Below, piece after piece: positions 52,496-61,188 of a DNA stretch of 64,000 nucleotides. The notes below the pieces were generated by a model. The model saw only the letters and a list, made by a program, of their open reading frames with translations, did not search any database and was not told the DNA's origin. Every line of letters starts with the position of its first letter. Position 1 is the stretch's first letter. Origin of the DNA: Cyanobacteria bacterium P01_A01_bin.123 (GTDB lineage Bacteria > Cyanobacteriota > Cyanobacteriia > Phormidesmidales > Phormidesmidaceae); NCBI GenBank assembly GCA_039815185.1, contig JBCBZT010000002.1, forward strand, positions 128,001 through 192,000, in the 5' to 3' direction. The position numbers and the translations under genes were made by a program.

Positions 52496-53077
52496 ATGGC
52501 TCGTCACAAGACATTTGAAAAAGAAGCGGTGCTCGAAAAGGCGATGGACGTCTTTTGGCATCAGGGTTATGAAGCGACTTCGATGCAAGACCTGGTAGCT
52601 GCCATGGGGATTAACCGAGGTAGCCTTTATGATACGTTCAAAGATAAGCGGAATCTATTTTTGAGCGCGATCGCCCACTACAACCAAACCGTTGTAGAAC
52701 AGTTAATCTCTCGGCTCATGGTGCCTGGGGCATCCCGCCAAGCGATTGAAGATCATTTCCTCAATGTGGTTGAGTACACCGTCGCAGATAGCAGACATCG
52801 CGGTTGTTTAATAACCAACACGATTGTGGAATTGGGGGCCCAAGACCCAGAGATTGCAGCCCAAACGAAGGTTAATCTCCAACGCATTGAAGATGCCTTT
52901 TTCAGAGCGCTTTTACGGGCTCAAGATCAGCGTGAAATCAGCCAAGATAAGGACTTGCGGGCGTTATCCCGGTACTTTATCGCAGCAATGCAGGGACTAC
53001 GGGTCATGGCTAAACTCAATCCCGATCGCAGTGCTTTGCAAGACGTCGTTGACGTTATTTTGGCAGCTTTGGATTGA
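52496..53077 (+). CDS. TetR/AcrR regulator (ComR/NemR-like)
   Basis: FWHQGYEATSMQDLV..MGINRGSLY HTH; GCLITN; GGAGG RBS. Confidence 0.92.
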   Translation: MARHKTFEKEAVLEKAMDVFWHQGYEATSMQDLVAAMGINRGSLYDTFKDKRNLFLSAIAHYNQTVVEQLISRLMVPGASRQAIEDHFLNVVEYTVADSRHRGCLITNTIVELGAQDPEIAAQTKVNLQRIEDAFFRALLRAQDQREISQDKDLRALSRYFIAAMQGLRVMAKLNPDRSALQDVVDVILAALD

Positions 53078-53145
53078 TCATTGAAGACGGGGTCTCCTAG
53101 CTCACAGGCGATTCTGACGATCTGCTCAGATTCTTCTCATACAAC

Positions 53146-53163
53146 TTGGAATATTTGTTCCAA
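53146..53163. promoter_or_regulatory. Putative TetR operator
   Basis: TTGGAA-N6-TTCCAA palindrome upstream of the peroxiredoxin-like gene. Confidence 0.65.
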
Positions 53164-53195
53164 AATGGAAGCTGTAGAGAACAAGAGGATTACCC

Positions 53196-53852
53196 ATGAG
53201 CTTGACCCAAGATTTAGCCAACCTACTCGAAAGCAACCGAGCCAAACTACCTAGCGACGTGACCGCTACTATGGCTAAAGCCACAGAAGACTTGGCAAAC
53301 TCTGGCATTGTTGACCGCACTCTGAAGACGGGCGATACTCTACCCGCGATCGCCCTCCCCAACGCCACAGGCAAAACAGTAGATATCCCAGTGCTGCTAA
53401 CCCAAGGCCCCGTGGTGATTGCCTTTTATCGGGGCGGCTGGTGCCCCTATTGCAACCTAGAGCTGCGAGCCTTACAGCAAGCGCTGCCCGACATTAAAGC
53501 CCACGGTGCAACTCTCGTGGCAATTTCTCCTGAGACTCCAGATAATTCACTGTCCACCACCGAAAAGAACGAGCTCGAATTTGAGGTGCTGAGCGACAAG
53601 GGCAATCAAATCGCCCGCCAGTTGGGCCTCGTGTTTACACTGCCTGAGAGTTTGCGGCCGATTTACGAGAGCTTTGGCATTGATGTGCCCGCTTATAACG
53701 GCGATCAAAATTTTGAATTACCCGTCCCGGCGACCTATGTTGTGAATACTGACGGCACAGTTCTCCACGCCTTTGCTAACGCTGACTACACAAAGCGCGA
53801 AGACCCTGCGGTGATTGTGGACGTTTTGAAAAAGCTACCTGTGAAAGCGTAA
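53196..53852 (+). CDS. Peroxiredoxin-like (AhpC/TSA) protein
   Basis: FYRGGWCPYC, LVAISP, LSD, LPVPATY motifs. Confidence 0.9.
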   Translation: MSLTQDLANLLESNRAKLPSDVTATMAKATEDLANSGIVDRTLKTGDTLPAIALPNATGKTVDIPVLLTQGPVVIAFYRGGWCPYCNLELRALQQALPDIKAHGATLVAISPETPDNSLSTTEKNELEFEVLSDKGNQIARQLGLVFTLPESLRPIYESFGIDVPAYNGDQNFELPVPATYVVNTDGTVLHAFANADYTKREDPAVIVDVLKKLPVKA

Positions 53853-54094
53853 ACCACGGCCAGCTCGAGATGTGGCGTTCTCCCACAGATATCGCGGTAG
53901 CCACAAAGCTTTGTGCGCTACCGCGAGCCAGATTGCTTGTGGACTAAGCATCTTGGCGATACTCGGTGCATTAAGCAATCTGGCCAGCGCTATAAAACTC
54001 CAGTTTTGGACGTGGCAATGGTTTCGTAGGTCGGTTTGTGTGTTCCTATTTAGTCGGTTTATGTGTTCCTAATTCATGACTCAAGGAGGTTCCT

Positions 54095-54442
54095 ATGACT
54101 AATGCGATTAAACCCATCACCCTGACTGCTGAAAACTTCGAGGCAGAGGTGATTCAAAGTTCGGTGCCTGTACTGGTCGATTTTTGGGCTGCTTGGTGTG
54201 GTCCTTGTCGGATCATGAACCCGGTCATTGAAGCGATCGCGGTTGAATTTGCAGGCACTGTCAAGGTGGGCAAGGTCGATGCTGACGTTCAGGACTTGCT
54301 AGCCCTGAACCATCATGTCACTGCCATCCCGACACTGCTGTTCTTCCAAAAAGGTCAAGTCGTCGAGCGGGTGTCTGGGGTAATCTCTCAGGCCGCGATC
54401 GCGGCTAAACTCAATACTCTCACTGCCGAAGTCGCCGTTTGA
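54095..54442 (+). CDS. Thioredoxin
   Basis: VLVDFWAAWCGPC, IPTL; AAGGAGG RBS. Confidence 0.93.
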   Translation: MTNAIKPITLTAENFEAEVIQSSVPVLVDFWAAWCGPCRIMNPVIEAIAVEFAGTVKVGKVDADVQDLLALNHHVTAIPTLLFFQKGQVVERVSGVISQAAIAAKLNTLTAEVAV

Positions 54443-54455
54443 TGATGGGAAATCT

Positions 54456-54484
54456 GGGGGCGATTGCTAGCCCCCTTTCTTTTG
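54456..54484 (+). terminator. Intrinsic terminator after thioredoxin
   Basis: GGGGGC/GCCCCC stem followed by TTTCTTTT. Confidence 0.65.
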
Positions 54485-54492
54485 CCTATTTT

Positions 54493-54510
54493 TTTGAACA
54501 GTCATTCAAA
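54493..54510. promoter_or_regulatory. Putative TetR operator
   Basis: TTTGAA-N6-TTCAAA palindrome upstream of the GST gene. Confidence 0.6.
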
Positions 54511-54557
54511 TATTGTCTAATCGCTCTTCTCTGCCCCAAGTACTTACTGCGCCAACC

Positions 54558-55166
54558 ATGATTGATCTTTTTACCTACACCACCCCCAATGGTCGTAAAC
54601 CCGCAATTTTGCTCGAAGAAACGGGATTGCCTTACACGGCCTACCCCGTCAATATTGGCAAAGGCGAACAGTTTATCCCTGAGTTTATTGCCATCAATCC
54701 CAACAGCAAAATTCCTGCCATTGTCGATCGAGAAACCGACACAACTGTGTTTGAATCCGGCGCGATCTTGATTTACTTGGCCGAAAAAGCAGGAAAATTT
54801 CTCCCCACCGACGGTAAAGGCCGCTCTCAAGTATTGCAGTGGCTGATGTTTCAGATGGGTGGCGTGGGGCCAATGTTTGGTCAACTTGGTCACTTCCGTC
54901 GTTCTGCCCCAGAAAAACTCAGCTACGCCATTCAACGCTACGAAAAAGAAACCCTAAGACTGCTGAGCGTGCTCGATCAGCAACTTTCTCAACAGCCTTT
55001 TCTCGCGGGGGATTACTCCATTGCAGATATAGCGACCTATCCCTGGGTCATGGCCCATGACTATCTCGGGGTCAGCTTAGAAGACTATCCTCACCTCCAA
55101 CGTTGGGTCAAAACGTTAGGCGATCGCCCCGCAGTTCAGCAAGGCATGGCGGTGTTGAGTCTCTGA
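54558..55166 (+). CDS. Glutathione S-transferase (YfcG/Nu-class-like)
   Basis: TPNG, NPNSKIP, FESGAIL, SIADIA motifs. Confidence 0.92.
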   Translation: MIDLFTYTTPNGRKPAILLEETGLPYTAYPVNIGKGEQFIPEFIAINPNSKIPAIVDRETDTTVFESGAILIYLAEKAGKFLPTDGKGRSQVLQWLMFQMGGVGPMFGQLGHFRRSAPEKLSYAIQRYEKETLRLLSVLDQQLSQQPFLAGDYSIADIATYPWVMAHDYLGVSLEDYPHLQRWVKTLGDRPAVQQGMAVLSL

Positions 55167-55278
55167 CTCACTGGCATGTAGCGTCTCTGACTCACTGGCA
55201 TGTAGCGTCTTTGACTGACTGGCACGTAGCATCATTGCCTCTCTGTTACGTAGCATCGTTGACTGACTGGCACATAGC
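55159..55278. repeat. Five-copy 24-bp degenerate tandem array
   Basis: GTCTCTGACTCACTGGCATGTAGC x2 identical, then three diverged copies. Confidence 0.9.
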
Positions 55279-55284
55279 ATCTTT

Positions 55285-55448
55285 AGACTTCTTGCACGAA
55301 TGTTTGAACCCTTTGCTGCCCCCTTTTCAGGTATGCCCGGAGGGCTTTAAGCCCCCACGCCTGGGAGACTTTGAAATCTTTTACCCCCCCAGAACTGGGG
55401 TGCAAGGGGGGCTGAATGCAGAATGTTCAAGATTCATGCAAGAGATCT
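55285..55448. mobile_element. MITE-like non-autonomous element (about 164 bp)
   Basis: Imperfect terminal inverted repeats AGACTTCTTGCACGAAT / ATTCATGCAAGAGATCT (14/17 match) with internal C/G-run hairpins. Confidence 0.7.
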
Positions 55449-55502
55449 GTTGACTCACCCATATTTAGCGTCACCAATCCTTTTATCTTTGGAGCCCTAT
55501 CA

Positions 55503-56126
55503 ATGAATTTTGTGCAACCTGAAACCCTCCCTCCTGAGCTCAGCGGGCTCGTCATGTCGCGATCGCTAATGACAGATCAAACCCTGTTCCATCAAGGTGC
55601 TGCTGCTGCCGATGGATTCTTGTTGAAAACGGGTAAGCTCAAGCTCGTGCGCTATCTCGACGAAGATAATAGCCTGACCTTGACAGTGGTTAAACCTGGG
55701 GACTGGGTTGCCCCGTGGATCTTGTTCCAAACCCAATATTCTTGCAGCGCGATCGCAGAAGCGGCCTCTCAAGTTTTAGTGTTCCCCAAGTTCTCCCTGC
55801 TGCCTGCGCTGAAAACCCACAGCAAACTGGCAGAAGCTGTCATGCAACAATTAGCCACTAAGCTGGAAACGCTGAGCTTTCAGCAGGGGTTGAGAGACGT
55901 GCGCGCTGCCCACGAACGGTTGCGATATTATCTGATCGATTTGGCCACCCCTGACCCCACGGGGATATCAACTGTGAAACTTAACTGTCCGTACAAAGAA
56001 GTTGCTGCTGATTTGGGCTTGACCCCAGAAACCTTGTCTCGAGCGTTAGCCCGTCTAGAAGAGACAGGCAAAATCACGCGATCGCGCAATGTCATTACGT
56101 TTAACCCTTATCGGACAGCCGGATGA
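55503..56126 (+). CDS. Crp/Fnr family transcriptional regulator
   Basis: cNMP-binding beta-barrel (LFHQG, G.LKL, PGD); C-terminal HTH VAADLGLTPETLSR. Confidence 0.88.
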   Translation: MNFVQPETLPPELSGLVMSRSLMTDQTLFHQGAAAADGFLLKTGKLKLVRYLDEDNSLTLTVVKPGDWVAPWILFQTQYSCSAIAEAASQVLVFPKFSLLPALKTHSKLAEAVMQQLATKLETLSFQQGLRDVRAAHERLRYYLIDLATPDPTGISTVKLNCPYKEVAADLGLTPETLSRALARLEETGKITRSRNVITFNPYRTAG

Positions 56127-56134
56127 TGTCTGCG

Positions 56135-56566
56135 CTATTCTGCCAAGAGACTGCGATAGAACTGACGCAGAGTATGAACTACTGTCTTCGCAAGGGCTTT
56201 GGGTGATGCATCTTTAGATTCAAACCCCTGTAAGTTAAAGGTTTGTAGATGATTAAGCAACTTAGCTTCTTCTAGATCAACGACCCCGTCACTGTAAATT
56301 AACGCGCTAATTGATTCCATCAAGCGGCGGCAATCATCTAATGTGGGATGTGCTCCAATGTAAGACTCTACCCACTCATAGCACTGCTCGGGTTTCACGT
56401 CGGCTAATCCATGGAGAAGGGAGCGAATATCGGCATCTTCCGCTAAACCTGCCTCTGAAACGACACGGTTAAGATGCTTACGCTCTTCCGGCTGAATTTC
56501 ACCGTCGATCCAAGCAGTCCCAATTAGGATTTTGAGTAGGGTTTTCGTATCAGATTGAGCGACCAT
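56135..56566 (-). CDS. TerB-family protein
   Basis: Two motifs AWIDGEIQPEE and YSDGVVDLEE. Confidence 0.82.
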   Translation of the reverse strand: MVAQSDTKTLLKILIGTAWIDGEIQPEERKHLNRVVSEAGLAEDADIRSLLHGLADVKPEQCYEWVESYIGAHPTLDDCRRLMESISALIYSDGVVDLEEAKLLNHLQTFNLQGFESKDASPKALAKTVVHTLRQFYRSLLAE

Positions 56567-56674
56567 GACGATTCCCACACTTTGCTTGAACGATACCCCA
56601 TTTTAGTCAATCACGGGCAACATACCTGCTTAATTCCATCAAAGACCCGATGAATCAATCACGGTTTCATGTCC

Positions 56675-57487
56675 CTAGCGTGTGGGTTGATTGCTGCCGC
56701 GATAGCGGAGGTATTCTGCCATCGCCGCAATCAAGCCTGACCCCAGAATCAGAAGGACGCTGAGGGCATTCATGTCAGGTTTAACGCCCGTCCGAAGACG
56801 ACTAAAAATTTCAAGGGGCAGTGGATTAGCCCCACCACCAGCGGTGAAGCTGGAAATTAACAGATCATCAATACTTAATACAAAGGCCAACAGACAACCC
56901 GATACAATCGCGGGCATTAGTTCAGGCAGTAAGACTTTGAGCAAAGCTTCTGGCGGAGTTGCCCCTAAATCAAGGGCAGCTTCTTCTAAATGAGGATCGA
57001 TACTGTTGATCCGGCTAGAGACTACCACAGCGATATAGGCCAAACAAAAGACCATATGGGCCCCGATAATCGTCCAAATGCTCAGTGGGATTGCAACGGA
57101 GGCTAAAAAGACCAGGGTTGCCACAGCGATCGCGATGTCCGGCACAATTAACGGTAAATAAGAAACGCCGCGATAGAGGGTTTTGCCCGGAAACGTATAT
57201 TTTGCCAATCCGATCGCCATCAAGGTGCCTAAAATTGCGGAGAGCCCCACCGCCACGATCGCAATAAATAGAGTATCTTGCAGCGATCGCAGAATACGAT
57301 CATCGCTCAATAAGCGAGCATACCACTTGAGGCTAAAGCCTTGCCAAACTGAGGTGTATCGCTCCGAGTCATTGAAGCTGTAGATCGCCAACACCAAAAT
57401 TGGCCCATACATAAAGCCATACATCAGCAGGGCAACTATCCCTTGCCAGGTGATGGGTAAGCCCAAACGAACCCAGATTGATTTCAC
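56675..57487 (-). CDS. potC: Polyamine ABC transporter permease
   Basis: LEEAALDLGA EAA motif; YSFN, F..S.DD. Confidence 0.85.
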   Translation of the reverse strand: MKSIWVRLGLPITWQGIVALLMYGFMYGPILVLAIYSFNDSERYTSVWQGFSLKWYARLLSDDRILRSLQDTLFIAIVAVGLSAILGTLMAIGLAKYTFPGKTLYRGVSYLPLIVPDIAIAVATLVFLASVAIPLSIWTIIGAHMVFCLAYIAVVVSSRINSIDPHLEEAALDLGATPPEALLKVLLPELMPAIVSGCLLAFVLSIDDLLISSFTAGGGANPLPLEIFSRLRTGVKPDMNALSVLLILGSGLIAAMAEYLRYRGSNQPTR

Positions 57488-57500
57488 AGCAGTTGCCCCC

Positions 57501-58478
57501 TCACGTCTCTGAAACCGAATTGCGATCGCCGTATTTAAGCAACAACGCGATCGCCAAACTGACTGCCAAAATCATAATCACACTTAGGGCTGACCCTAGC
57601 CCCCAATTGCGCGTAATGCCCAAAAATTGCTGATAGATCAGCCGCGAAATCGTCATGCTCGAGGCCCCGCCCAACACTGTAGGCACTGCGAAATCGCCCA
57701 TGCTGGTGATGAACACGAGCAGCGAGGCCGCCGCAATACCGGGTAGGGTTTGGGGCACCGTCACCTTCCAAAAGGTTTGCTGCGGGGTTGCCCCAAGATC
57801 TGCCGACGCTTCGAGTAAATCGGTGTCGAGCTTTTCCAATGCCGCATAGAGAATCAACACCATGTAGGGCAAAAAGCTGTAAGTTAGGCCAATCAGCACT
57901 GCCGTAGCAGTATACAGCCAGCCTTGAGTCGGCAACGTCACCCCAGGCAACCCCAGGCGAAGGACGCTTTCCACCACGCCGATGAAGGAATTGAGCAATC
58001 CTGTGGGGCGCAAAATACTAATCCACGCAAAGGCCCGCAGCAGTGATGACGTCCAAAGCGGCAGCACAAATACCACCAACAAAAAACTACGCCACCGTTT
58101 TGGGGCCATTAACGCCAGCCAATAGGCCACCGGGAAGCCCATCAGCAGGCAGGCCAGCGTCGTACCTGTGGCGTAGAATAGCGATCGCCACAGAACCTGA
58201 ATATAGACTGGGTTAAACGCCTCATCCAGTGGGTTGAAAATCCGAAAATAATTCCCCAGCCCATAGTCTGCCTGTGGTTCTCCCGGTCTCAGACCTGGCA
58301 CTAAGCTAATCTCAGCAATCAGCAGCGTGGGCAACACCAGTAGCAATAGCAGCCAAATCCCAGAGGGAGCGAGCATCAGCAAAGGGCCTAACAGATGCTT
58401 TAGGAATGTGGGGATCTTCCAAGATGCACTTTTGGGACGGTCTATAGATGCAGTTGACGGGGAAGGGGGGGATGACAT
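57501..58478 (-). CDS. potB: Polyamine ABC transporter permease
   Basis: LLEASADLGA EAA motif; PLWTSSLLR, FLPYM. Confidence 0.85.
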   Translation of the reverse strand: MSSPPSPSTASIDRPKSASWKIPTFLKHLLGPLLMLAPSGIWLLLLLVLPTLLIAEISLVPGLRPGEPQADYGLGNYFRIFNPLDEAFNPVYIQVLWRSLFYATGTTLACLLMGFPVAYWLALMAPKRWRSFLLVVFVLPLWTSSLLRAFAWISILRPTGLLNSFIGVVESVLRLGLPGVTLPTQGWLYTATAVLIGLTYSFLPYMVLILYAALEKLDTDLLEASADLGATPQQTFWKVTVPQTLPGIAAASLLVFITSMGDFAVPTVLGGASSMTISRLIYQQFLGITRNWGLGSALSVIMILAVSLAIALLLKYGDRNSVSET

Positions 58479-58496
58479 AACCAAAAACCAAAAACG

Positions 58497-59669
58497 TTAG
58501 GCACCCGTAATTTGAGTCCAGTAGCGATCGTAGAGTTCTTCAGCAGATTCCTCAACAGGTGCAATTCCCTCGCATCGCTCGATCACTTCGGCTGGTGGGA
58601 AAATATCGTCGTTGCTCTTTAATTCATCAGACAACATCTCAATGGCCGTCGCATTGGGTGTCGCGAAATAAAGGTTTTCCACCGCCTTGGCCGTCGCATC
58701 GGGTTCTAGGATGAAATTGAGCCATTGGTAGGCTGCATCTACATTGGGCGCAGAGGTCGGAATCGCAATCGTGTCAGTCCATACCGATGTCCCGCTCTCC
58801 GGCACAATATATTCCAAATTCGGGTCTTCCTCAATCACCACTGCCGCATCCGATGAGTAAGCCATGACCACAGTCAAATCACCCCCCAATAGGGCATCTT
58901 CATAGCCGGAGGTGGTAAAGGATGCGATCGCAGGTTTGAGTTCATTCAATCGGTTATAAGCTTCTTCAATTTCCGCTGGATCATTGGAGTTGTAAGAATA
59001 TCCCAAGGATTTCAATACGGCCCCTAATGTTTCTCGTACATCATCCAGCAGGGTAATGCGACGGGCTAACTCATCTTGGTTTTCCCATAAATAATCCCAG
59101 TCGGTGGGGGGGGTAGTTAGCAAAGTTTTGTTGTATAACAATCCCGAAGTTCCCCAGGAGAACGGAATGCTATGGGCATGGCCGGGATCATAGAGGGGAT
59201 CTTGCCAGTTCGCCAAAAGGTTGTCTAGTCCTTCAATGCGAGACAGGTCAAGCGTTGACAACAACCCCAGATCGACCATCTCTTGAACCACGTAGTCTGA
59301 GGGATAAATGATGCTGTAAATGTCTCCACCACCCGCAGTCAGCTTCGCCTGCATGGCTTCGTTAGATTCAAAGATGTCCACAACCACTTCAATCCCGGTT
59401 TGCTCGGTGAAACGGCTCGTCATTTCGTCATCGGTGTAGTTAGCCCAGGTGTAAATGTGCAGCTTATCCGAGCCCGCTGCACTCCCCCCATCGCCTTCAG
59501 CAGGCGCTGATTCCGAGGGCTGGACATTGGCTAAATTTCCCCGACAATTTGACAGTGCCATTCCGGTTACAGCCGCCGCAGTGCCTTGCAAAAATCGACG
59601 CCGATTTGCCGAAAACTGACGGGAGACTTGGCGATTTTGTCCTGGATAAAACAATCTCTTTCGGGGCAC
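58497..59669 (-). CDS. potD: Polyamine ABC transporter substrate-binding protein (Tat lipoprotein)
   Basis: RRRFLQG Tat motif, ALSNC lipobox; YTWANY, FESNE, PSDY, W.D. Confidence 0.87.
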   Translation of the reverse strand: MPRKRLFYPGQNRQVSRQFSANRRRFLQGTAAAVTGMALSNCRGNLANVQPSESAPAEGDGGSAAGSDKLHIYTWANYTDDEMTSRFTEQTGIEVVVDIFESNEAMQAKLTAGGGDIYSIIYPSDYVVQEMVDLGLLSTLDLSRIEGLDNLLANWQDPLYDPGHAHSIPFSWGTSGLLYNKTLLTTPPTDWDYLWENQDELARRITLLDDVRETLGAVLKSLGYSYNSNDPAEIEEAYNRLNELKPAIASFTTSGYEDALLGGDLTVVMAYSSDAAVVIEEDPNLEYIVPESGTSVWTDTIAIPTSAPNVDAAYQWLNFILEPDATAKAVENLYFATPNATAIEMLSDELKSNDDIFPPAEVIERCEGIAPVEESAEELYDRYWTQITGA

Positions 59670-59759
59670 AGTAGTTCACTCCAACATCAATAGCTGACAA
59701 CAGTTTTCACACAACAGCAAGCTGCCTAACACCACTACAAAAATAGCATTGGTTATGTT

Positions 59760-60893
59760 CTATGCTGCCAAGGCAAGACAATCCTTCGGTGACCAATAAG
59801 CATAGACCTGGGCATGTTGATCGGGGAGTTGCTCAACCCGATTAGGGCGGAGTACGGTCACACAGTCTCCTGTCGCTAATTCCACGACAAAATGCAGGTG
59901 GGTGCCCAGATACATTATGTGTTTGAGCCGCCCTGCGAAACAGTTAACCTTATGAGTCGTCGGAGCCTCCAAACTCAGCCGAATTTTTTCAGGGCGCACG
60001 CTGACGTATATTGACTGCGATGTCTTGAAATCTTGGTTCGACTCCAACCGTCGCGCTAATACCTTTAACCCTGCTGCAGTCTTCACCCGCAGCGCTGCGG
60101 ATTCAACCTCCTCTACCCTGCCCTCAATCAAATTGGTATCGCCAATAAAATCTGCCACAAAGGGGGTTCTGGGAGACTCATAAATCTCACTGGGACTGCC
60201 CACCTGCTCGATTTCGCCATCCCGCATCACCGCAATGCGATCTGACAGGGATAATGCTTCTTCTTGGTCATGGGTCACCAGGATGAAGGTAATGCCTAAT
60301 TCTCGATGGAGATTCGACAACTCCACCTGCATCTGCTTTCTCAGCTTTAAGTCCAACGCGCCCAAGGGTTCATCCAGCAACATGACGGCAGGTCGATTCA
60401 CCAATGCCCTAGCCAGTGCCACACGCTGCCGTTGCCCACCAGAAAGCTGTTTAGGAAATCGCTGTGCAAACGACTCCATTTTGACCAATTGCAGGGCTTC
60501 AGCAACCCGCTCTTGCACTTGACGTTTACCACACCCTTTAATCCTGAGACCAAAGGCAATATTTTCCCAAACGCTGAGGTGGTTAAACAGAGCGTAGCTC
60601 TGAAACACCGTGTTTACCGGACGGCGATAGGCCGGAACCCGATTAACGTTTTGTCCTTGAATCAATACTTCCCCTGTCGTGGGTTCCTCAAAACCCGCGA
60701 CTAATCGCAGAGTGGTGGTTTTGCCACAACCGGATGGCCCCAAAATACTGAAAAACTCACCCTGTCTCACGCTCAGGTCAACCCCACGTATCGCGATCTC
60801 ACCCTCAAAGGATTTAGACACTTGCTGCAACACCACATCAGCCGTTGCCATGGCTTCGGAGGTTTTTAGACTAGCTGAAAGGGTCTGGGACAT
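59760..60893 (-). CDS. potA: Polyamine ABC transporter ATPase
   Basis: GPSGCGKTT, LSGGQ, LLDEPLGALD.KLRK; TOBE-like C-terminus. Confidence 0.88.
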   Translation of the reverse strand: MSQTLSASLKTSEAMATADVVLQQVSKSFEGEIAIRGVDLSVRQGEFFSILGPSGCGKTTTLRLVAGFEEPTTGEVLIQGQNVNRVPAYRRPVNTVFQSYALFNHLSVWENIAFGLRIKGCGKRQVQERVAEALQLVKMESFAQRFPKQLSGGQRQRVALARALVNRPAVMLLDEPLGALDLKLRKQMQVELSNLHRELGITFILVTHDQEEALSLSDRIAVMRDGEIEQVGSPSEIYESPRTPFVADFIGDTNLIEGRVEEVESAALRVKTAAGLKVLARRLESNQDFKTSQSIYVSVRPEKIRLSLEAPTTHKVNCFAGRLKHIMYLGTHLHFVVELATGDCVTVLRPNRVEQLPDQHAQVYAYWSPKDCLALAA

Positions 60894-61188
60894 AGTCAAG
60901 GCTCCCCGTGGTCAACTTCATTGTATCCATCGCTTAGTTGCTAAAGAAAGCTGTCCCGAATCCTACCACTTTCGTTCGCCCATTTAGGTTGACCGATTCA
61001 GATGGATTCCTGGCTAAGTTCCATGGCAACTCCAGCCGCTGCTCAATGTTAATGTGCCCCATTTTTGCTTAGATAACGCCCCATTTTCCGTTACAAAAGC
61101 GCCAGCGTGCGACATTCCGTCTCAGTGGCTGCAACGAGGACGCTAAACTGGTGAAGATTATTAATTTAAACCCCCTTAAGTTTCGGCC

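Noticed and set aside
55159..55278. CRISPR array
   Set aside because: Units are contiguous with no unique spacers, and there are no cas genes in the window
55103..55453. 116-aa ORF as a RiPP precursor
   Set aside because: TTG start inside GST, composed of repeat and MITE sequence, no modifying enzymes nearby
55416..55502. Longer N-terminus for the Crp/Fnr gene
   Set aside because: That ATG lies inside the MITE-like element; the ATG at 55503 has a GGAG upstream
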